Shown here: positions 27,934 to 37,878 of the stretch, piece after piece | Position numbering within the stretch: position 1 is the stretch's first letter | Layout: every line of letters begins with the position of its first letter | DNA from: an uncultured Methanolobus sp. | Lineage (GTDB): Archaea; Halobacteriota; Methanosarcinia; Methanosarcinales; Methanosarcinaceae | DNA: 64,000 nucleotides | Direction of reading: 5' to 3' | Assembly (NCBI GenBank): GCA_963675495.1 | Contig: OY776215.1 | Location: 2,240,001 to 2,304,000, forward strand | The notes under the pieces: model-generated | The model's database searches: none | Told to the model about the DNA's origin: nothing | What the model saw: the letters and a program-made list of their open reading frames with translations, nothing else | Made by a program: the position numbers and the translations under genes

Positions 27934-28860
27934 ATGTTAGTTTCTATAGTTATTTGTGCTTATGACATTAAACGTTTTTCAGATTTAGTTGATGCAATAA
28001 ACAGTTTATGTATGCAAACTTATCCTGAAATCGAAATAATTTGCATTGTTGATGGAACTTCTGATTTGTATTATTTAATCAAGCAGCATAAAACCGATCA
28101 TTTTCAAAATGTAAAGTTTTTCCTAAATGACAAAAACGTAGGCTTGTCTGAAAGTCGTAACAGGGGTGTTTCTCAGTCAACAGGTGATATTATAGCTTTT
28201 TTTGATGATGATGCTGTTGCAGATAAAAACTGGGTAAATGAACTTGTAAAAATGTATGTTGATTATGATGCGATAGCGTCTGGGGGAAAACTTGTTCCAA
28301 TGTGGGTTGACGGGAAAGCAAATTTCATTCCAGAGGAATTTTATTGGATGCTAGGAGCTACATATAAAGGATTTCCAGATGAGATTACAGAAGTCAGGAA
28401 CACATTTGGTTCAAATATCAGTTTTAAAAAAGAGATTCTAAATAAGTTTGACGGCTTTAAAGGTGAGATGGGTCTCAAAGGCAGTGGTTTCCTTCAAGGA
28501 GAAGAAACCGAAATTTGTGAGCGAATGAGACTTATTTTTGGTAAAGGGGTTATGTATAATCCAGAAGCCATAGTTCATCATAAAGTGTATAGTTATAGGA
28601 TGAAGTTGAAATTTTTAATAAGGAGAGCATTTTGGCAGGGTTATTCTAAAAGAATGATGGCTGAGATGGGTTACTCTGGAGATGTGGAAAGTAGTTATCT
28701 CAAAAACTTGCTGATAGAAGGCATTGGTGGCAGAATCAAAAATATAGGAAATATGGGATTGTTGGCAATAGTGCAAATTATCTTTTTGTTTCTATTCACT
28801 TTCACTGTTTTTGCTGGCTATATTTATCGTTTATTAATGCCAAAAGGTGAATCATTTTGA
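27934..28860 (+). CDS. GT2 glycosyltransferase (AglG-like)
   Basis: VSIVICAY, GLSESRNRG, AFFDDDA, FGSNISF, GEETE, VHHKV, RAFWQGYSK. Confidence 0.9.
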   Translation: MLVSIVICAYDIKRFSDLVDAINSLCMQTYPEIEIICIVDGTSDLYYLIKQHKTDHFQNVKFFLNDKNVGLSESRNRGVSQSTGDIIAFFDDDAVADKNWVNELVKMYVDYDAIASGGKLVPMWVDGKANFIPEEFYWMLGATYKGFPDEITEVRNTFGSNISFKKEILNKFDGFKGEMGLKGSGFLQGEETEICERMRLIFGKGVMYNPEAIVHHKVYSYRMKLKFLIRRAFWQGYSKRMMAEMGYSGDVESSYLKNLLIEGIGGRIKNIGNMGLLAIVQIIFLFLFTFTVFAGYIYRLLMPKGESF

Positions 28861-28916
28861 GAAATATCAGCAGCATAATTTTACCTGAAATTGATTAAGT
28901 TGGAATTTGTGTAACT

Positions 28917-29984
28917 ATGGATGATATTGGTATCTTTTTGCCCACCATTTCTGGAATTGGTGGTGTTGAAAGAATAGCTTATATATTAGGCAGAGAGCTG
29001 GGTATTGATACATATACTTCAAGTGTTAACTGTGACCTCGAAACATATTTTCCTGGAATGGATAATCATGTTGTTACTATTTCTAAATCAAATAGTGATA
29101 AATCGTTGATCTCAATTGTAAAAGATTTTAAGCACTTGGAAACTGATGTCAAGTTAATGATTTATTTGTATCCTCGAAGTATCTATTTTAGTCACATTCG
29201 TAAGGATATTCCATATTTATATTATTTGGGAGGAATTCCGCATGAATATTATATGGACTCCACAGAATATAAACAATTTTTGGGAAGCAAAATTACATAC
29301 AGTGACTACCTAAACAAGTTCGTCTGGAAAAATGTTGTAAAGCAAATTGATCATAAAAGAGTTATTGCCAATAGCAAACTTATTTTTAATATTTATACCA
29401 ATATTATTGGTCATACTCCGGGAAGCCTTCTCTACCCTCCTATAGATACTAATAATTATAATAATCGTGATTCGGATGATTTTTATCTTTCTGTTGGACG
29501 TTTGGAGCCATATAAAAGAGTAGAATGGCAAATAAAAGCATTTGAGGGCTCAAAGGAACGATTAATAATTATCGGTAATGGTTCTCTTTATGATAAATAT
29601 TCAAAATATCTGAAAGACAACAAAATAGATAATATAAAAATATTGAATTCAGTAGGACAAGATGAATTAGTTGATTATTACTCTAGATCAAAGGCATTCG
29701 TTTTTACTTCCTACAATGAACATTTTGGATTAACTCCTCTGGAAGCTATGGCTTCAGGAAAACCTGTTCTATCGGTGCGTGAAGGTGGTCCTTTAGAATA
29801 CATACTTGATAATGTCAATGGCTTTTTCTTTGATGATATTTCTGGCTTAAAGACATTAATAGAGACACTGCCATATGAAAAGTTAAAAATGATGAAACAC
29901 GAATGTGAAGAAACTGCAAAGAAATTTGATACTTCCAAATTTATTGCGTGTTTCAGAGAACTAACTGCAGATTTTCTATCCTGA
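28917..29984 (+). CDS. GT4 glycosyltransferase
   Basis: IANS, YPPID, SVGRLEPYKRV, EHFGLTPLEAMASGKPV. Confidence 0.92.
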   Translation: MDDIGIFLPTISGIGGVERIAYILGRELGIDTYTSSVNCDLETYFPGMDNHVVTISKSNSDKSLISIVKDFKHLETDVKLMIYLYPRSIYFSHIRKDIPYLYYLGGIPHEYYMDSTEYKQFLGSKITYSDYLNKFVWKNVVKQIDHKRVIANSKLIFNIYTNIIGHTPGSLLYPPIDTNNYNNRDSDDFYLSVGRLEPYKRVEWQIKAFEGSKERLIIIGNGSLYDKYSKYLKDNKIDNIKILNSVGQDELVDYYSRSKAFVFTSYNEHFGLTPLEAMASGKPVLSVREGGPLEYILDNVNGFFFDDISGLKTLIETLPYEKLKMMKHECEETAKKFDTSKFIACFRELTADFLS

Positions 29985-31552
29985 CTGGTTTAATAAAGGA
30001 TTTAAACTTTCCATGGGATGATTTCTTGAAAGCAAAATACAGCAGAGAAGAAATATTTGAACAAATAGACAGCAAATCAATATCATGGAAAGAATCACTG
30101 TTTTATGATTTGTATCCCCTTATAACAAAGGAGCCTATTTTTTCAAAGCTACCATATCTTTTAGCAATCAGAAAAAAGATTGGACCTTTTGATAGCATAT
30201 TGTACTACTTAAGAAATTCATTCCTTTTACCTTCACTTTTTATATGGAGTTTGATTGTTTCTCCATTTGAATCTCTTTATTATAGAGTAAAGTATCCATA
30301 CATGTCTAGGTTGAAATACCTTAAAAATGAAACATTTGATTATCTTTTTGTTCTTAATACTAAAGACCATATCATTACAGCTTTACCTGTAATAGAAAAT
30401 ATGGATCAATCGAAGAAGTGTTTGATTATCACTTTTAGAGATGTGTACAGTAAATACTTCTACGAATTCAATAAACTCCAAAATTCAAAAGTTATTTTTT
30501 TTGATTATGAATTAAAGAACATTCCATCAAAAAAATACCTCCAGATTATATCTGAATCAATCATCAAATACAATATTTTAAAATCATGTAATTTAGGTAA
30601 ATGGTGTTCCCAGTTGATTTTTCATGATAGGCATTTTATTAAATATCATTTGAAAACAGAATTGGTTCAATACAATTTATTTAAAAAAATCTACCAAATG
30701 TTTTCTCTTAAAGGATCTATTTCAATAGTGTTTACAACAGCATTTGAGGTATCAAAAGAGGAGAATATACCAACTTTTGTATTACAACATGGGATTGGGG
30801 CAAGAGGCCATGGACATCCATTTGTTTCAGATTACTGGTTTACTTTTGATGATATTTCAAAGGAACAGTTGAATGTGTGGCTTGATAACACAGTTACAAT
30901 TTATCCGTCCGGCCTGCCGAGGTTCGATTTTTTAAAACATAATCTTGCTTTTAAGAAAGATATAGGAGAATTCAATAAAAAAATTGGTGTAAAAGGATAT
31001 AAGCAAACTGTTACTTATATAGGTGGAGCTTTGGAGGGACATTTGACATTCGAGGCACTAAAAGCACTCAGGGAAAAATTACCAGAGTACGTGAATCTTA
31101 TAATTAAGGAACATCCTCGCGTTCCTTTGAGTATATTGAATTTCAAAAATGAAATGGGAAAAAGACTTGCTAATAGTGATTTAAATCATATTACATTCAT
31201 TAGAAATGAAATTGATTTTTATGATATACTATCAAATTCAGATGTCGTAATAAGCCGTGAATCAACAGGGATGCTAGAAGCTATTGCTGTTGGTATTCCT
31301 GTAATTCAGATAAATTTTTTACCTCAAAGCATAGCTCCTTCAAGTGATTTATCCTCTTATGGCTGGAAAGAACCTATCAATGATTCCGATAATTTAATTA
31401 AAGAAACAACATTGCTAATTAATGATAATAGTCATTATAAATATGTTATTCAACAACAAAAAACATTGCAAAAAAATATTTTCAAAAACTTCGGGCGCAC
31501 TGGCGAAGTAATTGCAAAATGTATTCGAGATTTATGTGAAAGTAATAACTAA
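29948..31552 (+). CDS. GT-B-like protein, candidate nonulosonate transferase / TagF-like phosphotransferase
   Basis: FVLQHG, SGLPRFD, IIKEHPR, SDVVISRESTGMLEAIAVGIPV; start uncertain. Confidence 0.6.
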   Translation: MFQRTNCRFSILTGLIKDLNFPWDDFLKAKYSREEIFEQIDSKSISWKESLFYDLYPLITKEPIFSKLPYLLAIRKKIGPFDSILYYLRNSFLLPSLFIWSLIVSPFESLYYRVKYPYMSRLKYLKNETFDYLFVLNTKDHIITALPVIENMDQSKKCLIITFRDVYSKYFYEFNKLQNSKVIFFDYELKNIPSKKYLQIISESIIKYNILKSCNLGKWCSQLIFHDRHFIKYHLKTELVQYNLFKKIYQMFSLKGSISIVFTTAFEVSKEENIPTFVLQHGIGARGHGHPFVSDYWFTFDDISKEQLNVWLDNTVTIYPSGLPRFDFLKHNLAFKKDIGEFNKKIGVKGYKQTVTYIGGALEGHLTFEALKALREKLPEYVNLIIKEHPRVPLSILNFKNEMGKRLANSDLNHITFIRNEIDFYDILSNSDVVISRESTGMLEAIAVGIPVIQINFLPQSIAPSSDLSSYGWKEPINDSDNLIKETTLLINDNSHYKYVIQQQKTLQKNIFKNFGRTGEVIAKCIRDLCESNN

Positions 31553-31604
31553 AGACATCTTTGAAATATAGTTATATATAAATTAAGTAACCAGTTTGAA
31601 TAGA

Positions 31605-31878
31605 TACTTTGTAGAATAAGAATTAATTGAATTCAACTTTGATCTAATAACATCAGTTCCTATTTTTATTTTATACAAGTAAAATCGTTTTAGTTTGATG
31701 TAATAATCTAACAACGTAAATAGAGCCCAATCTTATATTTATGAAGAGTGTTCCTGATTTATAATTTGGAACAAACACAATCATAACCTTTGTATTTTGG
31801 TAGAAAATAATACACAGGATATTTATTAGCTTTAAATCAAAATCCTAATAAATATAAAATAGATTTTCTACAAAGTCC
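31605..31878. mobile_element. MITE-like element (about 270 bp)
   Basis: 11-bp perfect inverted repeat ACTTTGTAGAA (31606-31616) / TTCTACAAAGT (31866-31876), related to the GGCTCTGTAGAA ends at 22057/22732; AT-rich non-coding interior. Confidence 0.5.
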
Positions 31879-32784
31879 TTATTTTAAAGTTGCATATATT
31901 ATGCAAGTTCTTCCCATTCCTAATTTTGCTAATGACTTATATATGTTTCTTCTAAGTTTGTCCTCAATATTTGTTTCGAATTTCATCCTTTTTTCATGGC
32001 ATTTACTTCCAATTTCATTGTTGTCAACGTAGTTATCCTCCATTAGTAAAAACAGTTCCATGGGGAAATCTGCAGTTTGTAAATAAATGTCGAATCCACA
32101 CCTATTCAGTAATTGGGTTAAACTGGAGAAATTAAAATAGTTGATGTGATCAGGTATTGCCAGCCAATAGTGGGATTTGCACAATTTATGTTTATGTGTT
32201 TGTAACTGAAGAACATTGAAATCATTTGGAACTTCTATACAAATCATTCCTGATTCATTTAGTAAACCCTTACAAATATTTATTATTTCAGTAGGATTTG
32301 GTACATGTTCGAGCACACATTTTAAATTAATAAAATCAAAGTAATCATGCCATTTATTTTCTATAAAATCCTCGAGTGTAGTATTAAAAATATTAGTGCT
32401 TAAATAATTGGCTCTTTCGCTTGCTGTATAGGAAGGTTCTATACCAAATGCTTCCCATCCATTTTCCTCCATAAATTTAAGGAAAAGTCCATTTCCACAA
32501 CCAACATCTAATAACCTTTTATTACCATGAATATCATTTACGTAATTATTCAAGATGTCTAATTTATCCAGATACCATAAATTTGACCATTTTGTTTCTT
32601 TAATTTCTTTTTCATAATCTAAAAGTTTTGGTTTTTTTTCCTGATAGTATTCCTTTTCATAGTATTTTTGATTTTCTTTTTTTGATGGAATTGGATTCAA
32701 GTGTTTGAATCCACAAAAGTCACATTCGATTATTTCTACTTTTCCAAATGTTGTCACAACTTCCCCTTTATGCATAACATTCAC
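31879..32784 (-). CDS. Class I SAM-dependent methyltransferase (glycan modification)
   Basis: CDFCG N-terminal motif, LLDVGCGNG, GIEPS, VLEHVPNP, IEVPN, PDHINYF. Confidence 0.9.
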   Translation of the reverse strand: MNVMHKGEVVTTFGKVEIIECDFCGFKHLNPIPSKKENQKYYEKEYYQEKKPKLLDYEKEIKETKWSNLWYLDKLDILNNYVNDIHGNKRLLDVGCGNGLFLKFMEENGWEAFGIEPSYTASERANYLSTNIFNTTLEDFIENKWHDYFDFINLKCVLEHVPNPTEIINICKGLLNESGMICIEVPNDFNVLQLQTHKHKLCKSHYWLAIPDHINYFNFSSLTQLLNRCGFDIYLQTADFPMELFLLMEDNYVDNNEIGSKCHEKRMKFETNIEDKLRRNIYKSLAKLGMGRTCIIYATLK

Positions 32785-32900
32785 CCAAAGTTCATTTTGC
32801 AGTTAAAATTTAAATGCACAGATTCTTTAATTAATATTAATATATGTATATATATATAATGGCAATTGAAAGTTCGCCAAGTTTTCCTTTTTATATTGAT

Positions 32901-33947
32901 TTACTCCACACAATCCCAGCTTAAAGGAGTTCCTTTTCGAATATCTTTTCTTGCTTTTTTCTTTAGTATTTCACTTAAAAATTTAGTATGTAACCCGAAA
33001 CCAGGCCTTATAGATTTAATGTTTTTTTCAGTGAAAATATCTCCAGTTTTAACATCTTCCACAATAAATAAGGATCTTGAAAAATCCCTGCTTTTTTTTG
33101 CTTTCTCTGTCAATTCATAGCTGACTTCGCCAAGTGCTTTTTCAGTTTCTCTTACAGACTTTACCATAGCTTTGAATTCCTGTGGTTCAAGTGAAAATGC
33201 AGCATCAGGCCCTCCCATATTCCTGTTCAATATAAAGTGTTTCTCTATTATTTTTGCTCCAAGTGCAACAGATGCAATAGCTGCAGATATTCCAAGGGTG
33301 TGATCTGATAGTCCAACAACAGTTTTAAAAGTATCTTTGATATTTGGAATTGTATTCAAATTAAGTTCTTCAAGTGGTGCAGGATATGCAGATGTACATT
33401 TTAGTAGTGCAATTTGAGTATTTCCCATTCTTTTGCAGGCATTAATGGCTTTTTCTATGTCTGAGAGTGTCGCGATACCGGTGGATATGATAACTGGTTT
33501 TCCTTTTGATGCAACATACTCTATCAGGGGGATATCTGTTATTTCAAAAGATGCAATTTTGTAGGCAGTAACTTTCATATTTTCAAGAAAATCAACTGCA
33601 GTTGTATCAAAAGGGGAAGAGAAACAGATTAATCCAAGCTCTTCAGCTATCTTTTTAAGCTCCGGTTGCCACTCCCATGGAGTGTATGCTTCTTTATAGA
33701 GATTATAAAGTGTTTTCCCATCCCACAGAGTTCCGTGTTCTATTTGAAAGAACTCATTGTCACAGTCAATTGTAATTGTATCTGGTGTATATGTTTGAAG
33801 TTTTACAGCATCTGCACCAGATTCCTTAATTGCTTTTATTGTATCGACAGCAAGGTCAAAATTCTGGAGATGATTTGCTGAAATCTCTGCTATTACAAAT
33901 ACTGGATTTTTGTCTCCAATATGTCTGTCATCTATTTTAATTTCCAT
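32901..33947 (-). CDS. pseI: Pseudaminic acid synthase
   Basis: IAEISANH, AVKLQTYTPDTIT, AYTPWEW, KIASFE, LKCTSAYP, GLSDHT, IEKHF, C-terminal SAF domain IRPGFGL. Confidence 0.93.
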   Translation of the reverse strand: MEIKIDDRHIGDKNPVFVIAEISANHLQNFDLAVDTIKAIKESGADAVKLQTYTPDTITIDCDNEFFQIEHGTLWDGKTLYNLYKEAYTPWEWQPELKKIAEELGLICFSSPFDTTAVDFLENMKVTAYKIASFEITDIPLIEYVASKGKPVIISTGIATLSDIEKAINACKRMGNTQIALLKCTSAYPAPLEELNLNTIPNIKDTFKTVVGLSDHTLGISAAIASVALGAKIIEKHFILNRNMGGPDAAFSLEPQEFKAMVKSVRETEKALGEVSYELTEKAKKSRDFSRSLFIVEDVKTGDIFTEKNIKSIRPGFGLHTKFLSEILKKKARKDIRKGTPLSWDCVE

Positions 33948-33995
33948 GTTTCCCTCAGCTGTCTAATTGCATATTGTTTATTTGCTAGCACCGAT

Positions 33996-34676
33996 TTACC
34001 TTTGACTTTCCGCTCTATTTTCCTTATTGTATGCACTCAAAATGTGGGTAATTTGCTGTTTTTCATAATCATTCAACTCATTCTTGACTTGAAAATGCGG
34101 TATGCCCAGACTTTTCGCTCCCTGTATGTCTGCGATAGGGTCATCTCCGACCATCAAGGCTTCAGAAGCATCTATATCATAAAATTGCAGGACATGCATG
34201 AAGTATTTAGGATGAGGTTTTGCAAAATCCAATCCATCCTGTTGTGAATAAAAGACCGTATCAAAATATCTGTCAATCCTCAAAGCCTCAACTTTCATTT
34301 TCTGAGGTAATAACCATCCGTTGGTAAGCAGACAGAGTTTGTATTCCTTTGATAGTTCCAACAAGAATATTTTGATGTCTTCTCTCAGGAATATTTCAGG
34401 GCAGTGTTCTCTATAGACATTCACCAACTTGCTGAGAATGAGGCTATCAATATTTAGTTTCCTGCAAAGATAATCGAAATTGTTCCCTCTTCCATTGAGG
34501 ACAAATGATTCTAATAACGAAGAGTAAACTGTGCACTGATCCAGAGATTTTTCCTTCGCCAAGAAAAGAGCAACGGCTTTAAATCCGCTGATTACGTATT
34601 CCCTCTCATTGTACAGCGTGTTGTCCAGGTCAAAGATTATTACTTTTGTCATGTTCATCAATAAATATGTCCTCAC
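33996..34676 (-). CDS. HAD-family hydrolase
   Basis: IFDLDNTLY, LLTNG, KPHP, MVGDDPIADI; true start probably at a later Met. Confidence 0.9.
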   Translation of the reverse strand: MRTYLLMNMTKVIIFDLDNTLYNEREYVISGFKAVALFLAKEKSLDQCTVYSSLLESFVLNGRGNNFDYLCRKLNIDSLILSKLVNVYREHCPEIFLREDIKIFLLELSKEYKLCLLTNGWLLPQKMKVEALRIDRYFDTVFYSQQDGLDFAKPHPKYFMHVLQFYDIDASEALMVGDDPIADIQGAKSLGIPHFQVKNELNDYEKQQITHILSAYNKENRAESQR

Positions 34677-35604
34677 TATACCGCAGCATCATGAGACCTT
34701 CTTTGAAAGGTTCTACTTCAATTTTCCTTTTATTCAGTAGTTTGATCAGGTAAAGAGGGGTACTCCTTCCAGATGCGAAACTTAAATTTGAAGCTCCTCC
34801 AAAGCGGGGATTCACTTCGATGAATTTAACTTCTCCTGATCCTGTTCTAAAACATTGGATTACATTATGACCTATTAACTTCATTTTTGTAGCAAGTGTA
34901 ATGCAAAGGTCTGTTATTTCCGAATCGTTCACTGTGACTCCTACTTTTGATTCTCCTGAAACCACCTTTACTCTCACCCTTGGGACCAAGCTGATATAAT
35001 TTCCATCAAAATCTGAAAAATAATCAATGCTGTACTCGTTTCCTTCTATATATTCCTGTATGATCGGGTCGTTGATATTGTCAATTAGTTCATGCAACTC
35101 TCCTTTGTCTTTGATGATATAAAATTTCCTTGCACCTGCGCCAGTTTTTGATTTCAGCACGCAGGGATATGTGATATCGTCAGAAATATGTGTCCATGAC
35201 ATTATTGCTGGCAGATCATGTTCCTGTAGGAATCTGAAGAATTCGAATTTATCTGAGCACAGATTTGCAACGTCAGGGTCCGGGACCATGACCTTTGCCA
35301 TAGTTCTGTCTTCAATGTGCCTTTTATGTTTTGACAGGTAAAGGACATCCTCATCCCTTGTTGGAACAATAAGACGCACTTTATTTTCGAGACACATTCT
35401 TTCTATGAAATCTATATAGTCAGGACTATCCAGTCTGGGGCATATTGTATACTCATCACAGAAGTAAAGCGCTGCAGAAAGGGGGTCAATATCTATTCCA
35501 ATAACTTTTCCTTTATCCTTTTCTTCTGCCAATGCCTTTTTGAACTCTTTTACAAGCAGTACTTTCGTAGAAACACTTGTAATAAGGACCGTAGTTTCAG
35601 TCAT
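34630..35604 (-). CDS. ATP-grasp ligase (carbamoyl-phosphate-synthase-like, sugar clusters)
   Basis: DKFEF, YPCVLK, IIQEYIEGNEYSID, FIEVNPRFGG. Confidence 0.88.
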   Translation of the reverse strand: MTETTVLITSVSTKVLLVKEFKKALAEEKDKGKVIGIDIDPLSAALYFCDEYTICPRLDSPDYIDFIERMCLENKVRLIVPTRDEDVLYLSKHKRHIEDRTMAKVMVPDPDVANLCSDKFEFFRFLQEHDLPAIMSWTHISDDITYPCVLKSKTGAGARKFYIIKDKGELHELIDNINDPIIQEYIEGNEYSIDYFSDFDGNYISLVPRVRVKVVSGESKVGVTVNDSEITDLCITLATKMKLIGHNVIQCFRTGSGEVKFIEVNPRFGGASNLSFASGRSTPLYLIKLLNKRKIEVEPFKEGLMMLRYSEDIFIDEHDKSNNL

Positions 35605-36545
35605 CTCAGTAATCTCTTTTCATAATTGATTATTTCCTTTATTCCGGATTCGAGATCGTATTCCGGAGACCAGGAAAGTTCATTTCGCAGTTTACTGATA
35701 TCCGCACAACTTGATTCAAATAACTCTTCTCTGGATTCTATCGTATTGACATCGAAAATCTCAAGGTTATTTTTCAGGACCATGACAACGTCTTTTACTC
35801 TAGATGAAACACCCGTTCCCAGATTGTAGATGCCTTTAGCATTCTCATTCTCACCCAATTTTAACAGCCCTGCAGCTACATCTCTTGCAAATATGTAGTC
35901 AAAACGATTGTTCTCGTTAAATAATGTGATGTTTTCTTTTTGAAGTATAGCCCTGACCCATCTGGAGATCACATCACGTGATCCTTTTCCATATACTCTG
36001 AATATCCTTGCAGATACGCAATCGAAAGGATATTCATTATTCCTGCTAAGAAATTCTAGATCTGCCTCTGTTTGAAGTTTTGCCACACCTACAGTGTTCC
36101 TGGGGTTTATGGTAGAACTTTCATTCAAAAGGTTTTGTTCTTCAATGTTGTTATATTGCTTTTCGTCGTATATCAGGTAACTAGATGCGAAGATCACTTT
36201 CTTGAGGGAGGGACATTTGATAATCTGGTCGATCAGATTGTGGGATGCAAGGATATTATTCTTAAAATTTGACTCCCAAAAGTCCTTTCTTTCTTCAGTT
36301 CTTTCAAAATCGGCAGCTAAATGAAAAACATATTCCGGTTCAAAGCGGAAAAGGAACTGGTTATCGGTTCTTGAAAGGTCCATCTGGAAATATTCTATAT
36401 CACTCAGTTCTGAAGGCTTTTCTTGGAAATCCACACATCTTATTGTAGCTCCCTGATTTCTGAGCATATCAATGAGTTCTTTTCCAATTACTCCTGCTCC
36501 ACCCGTTACTAATACTCTTTTGTTCTTGAAAAACATGATGTTCAC
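35601..36545 (-). CDS. NAD-dependent epimerase/dehydratase (extended SDR)
   Basis: VLVTGGAGVIG, VFHLAA, IFASS, RIFRVYG, DYIFARDVA, YNLGTG; catalytic YxxxK appears replaced by VGVAK. Confidence 0.85.
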   Translation of the reverse strand: MNIMFFKNKRVLVTGGAGVIGKELIDMLRNQGATIRCVDFQEKPSELSDIEYFQMDLSRTDNQFLFRFEPEYVFHLAADFERTEERKDFWESNFKNNILASHNLIDQIIKCPSLKKVIFASSYLIYDEKQYNNIEEQNLLNESSTINPRNTVGVAKLQTEADLEFLSRNNEYPFDCVSARIFRVYGKGSRDVISRWVRAILQKENITLFNENNRFDYIFARDVAAGLLKLGENENAKGIYNLGTGVSSRVKDVVMVLKNNLEIFDVNTIESREELFESSCADISKLRNELSWSPEYDLESGIKEIINYEKRLLR

Positions 36546-36546
36546 C

Positions 36547-37089
36547 TTATAAATATTCAGATCTTAATATCGAATGTATTACACTGTCATGGTATTCACC
36601 ATTCTTGAAAACGTGTTTTCTGAGGATGCCATCTCTTTTCAGCCCGAAGCTTTCCAATGTTTTGATGTGACCTTCCCTGTAAACATAGGTTTCTGTATAT
36701 ATCTTATTCATATTGAGTTGCCTAAATCCATATTCTGAGAGCATTTTAAGGACTGAGAGCAGTGTTTTATCGTGTACGTCATTGTCACATTCATGATCAG
36801 TGTCTAATAAAAAAGATAATTCTCCTCTGGATGATATATAGTCGATATTGGTAAGACCACAATAACCACGCAGTTTTTCATTATCGTCAATAATTGAAAA
36901 AAGAACTGAATCAGTGCTATTGGCAATGATTTCCCAGTATTTGTCCTGATTCCTGTCAGTAAGAGGCTTCCATTGACGGAGTATGGACATTTGCTCATTG
37001 CGCCATTTTTTAATATTTTCCAGATCAGCAAATTCTATGTTCGATAAGTATAATCCATTTGCTTCGAATATTTTTGCTCTCAAGACCAA
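36547..37089 (-). CDS. GNAT (RimJ/RimL-type) N-acyltransferase, PseH-like
   Basis: IKKWRN, GYCGLTNID, YGFRQLNMNKI, GLKRDGILRKH, HDSVIHSIL. Confidence 0.8.
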   Translation of the reverse strand: MVLRAKIFEANGLYLSNIEFADLENIKKWRNEQMSILRQWKPLTDRNQDKYWEIIANSTDSVLFSIIDDNEKLRGYCGLTNIDYISSRGELSFLLDTDHECDNDVHDKTLLSVLKMLSEYGFRQLNMNKIYTETYVYREGHIKTLESFGLKRDGILRKHVFKNGEYHDSVIHSILRSEYL

Positions 37090-37133
37090 ATCTCCTATAT
37101 TGTATTTAACGAAACAACATTATATTTTTACTA

Positions 37134-37868
37134 TTAATGTACTGTTTTTTGCATAATATGTTCGTTTATTTTTATTAAATCCGGTTGTTTAATCAATAAT
37201 TCTTTGATATCTTCCAGCAAAAAAGTTTTTTTTGTAGGGTGCAGATGCTGGTAGATTTTTGTGATTAAGTCAAAATCTTCTGCCGTGTCCAGTGTAAGTC
37301 GTAAATGACTCAAGTCCTCTTCATTTGATACATTACATTGCTTAAAAATATCGGGATGTTCTCTTATATATGGCGTTACATGTTCCCTTTCATAATCTTC
37401 CTTTGCTTCGTTCCATGCTTTTTCAAGAACATTGAAAGTGAAAATTTCCGTATCCATTCCTCTTGGATATGTAAGTTTTAAAGTGTTGGAACAATAATCA
37501 CATTTGTTATTCTGAAATTTTTCAATAACCTTATCGATTATGGTTGGGTCGATCAATGGGCAATCCGATGTGATTCTAACTATTATATCGGCCTCAGTCT
37601 GTACAGCAGCTTTGTAGTACCTGTCCAGAACATCACTCTCACTTCCTCTGGACACGATGATTTTGTCATTATATTGTCTTGTCGTGCTTTCAATAATGTC
37701 ATTTTCATCATCATATGGTATAGCGATGACAATCTCATCTATCAATGCTGAGCTAGATATTCTATCAATGTCCCACAGTATTATAGGTTTATCCAGAATA
37801 GTTCTCATTACTTTTCCTGGAAGGCGGGTGGATCCCATCCTTGCTTGAACGATTGCCACAATTTTCAT
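37134..37868 (-). CDS. pseF: SpsF-type cytidylyltransferase (PseF-like)
   Basis: IVQARMGSTRLPGKV, GSESDVLDRY, VRITSDCPLIDP, REHVTPY, RLTLDT. Confidence 0.8.
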   Translation of the reverse strand: MKIVAIVQARMGSTRLPGKVMRTILDKPIILWDIDRISSSALIDEIVIAIPYDDENDIIESTTRQYNDKIIVSRGSESDVLDRYYKAAVQTEADIIVRITSDCPLIDPTIIDKVIEKFQNNKCDYCSNTLKLTYPRGMDTEIFTFNVLEKAWNEAKEDYEREHVTPYIREHPDIFKQCNVSNEEDLSHLRLTLDTAEDFDLITKIYQHLHPTKKTFLLEDIKELLIKQPDLIKINEHIMQKTVH

Positions 37869-37878
37869 ATTGAACGTC

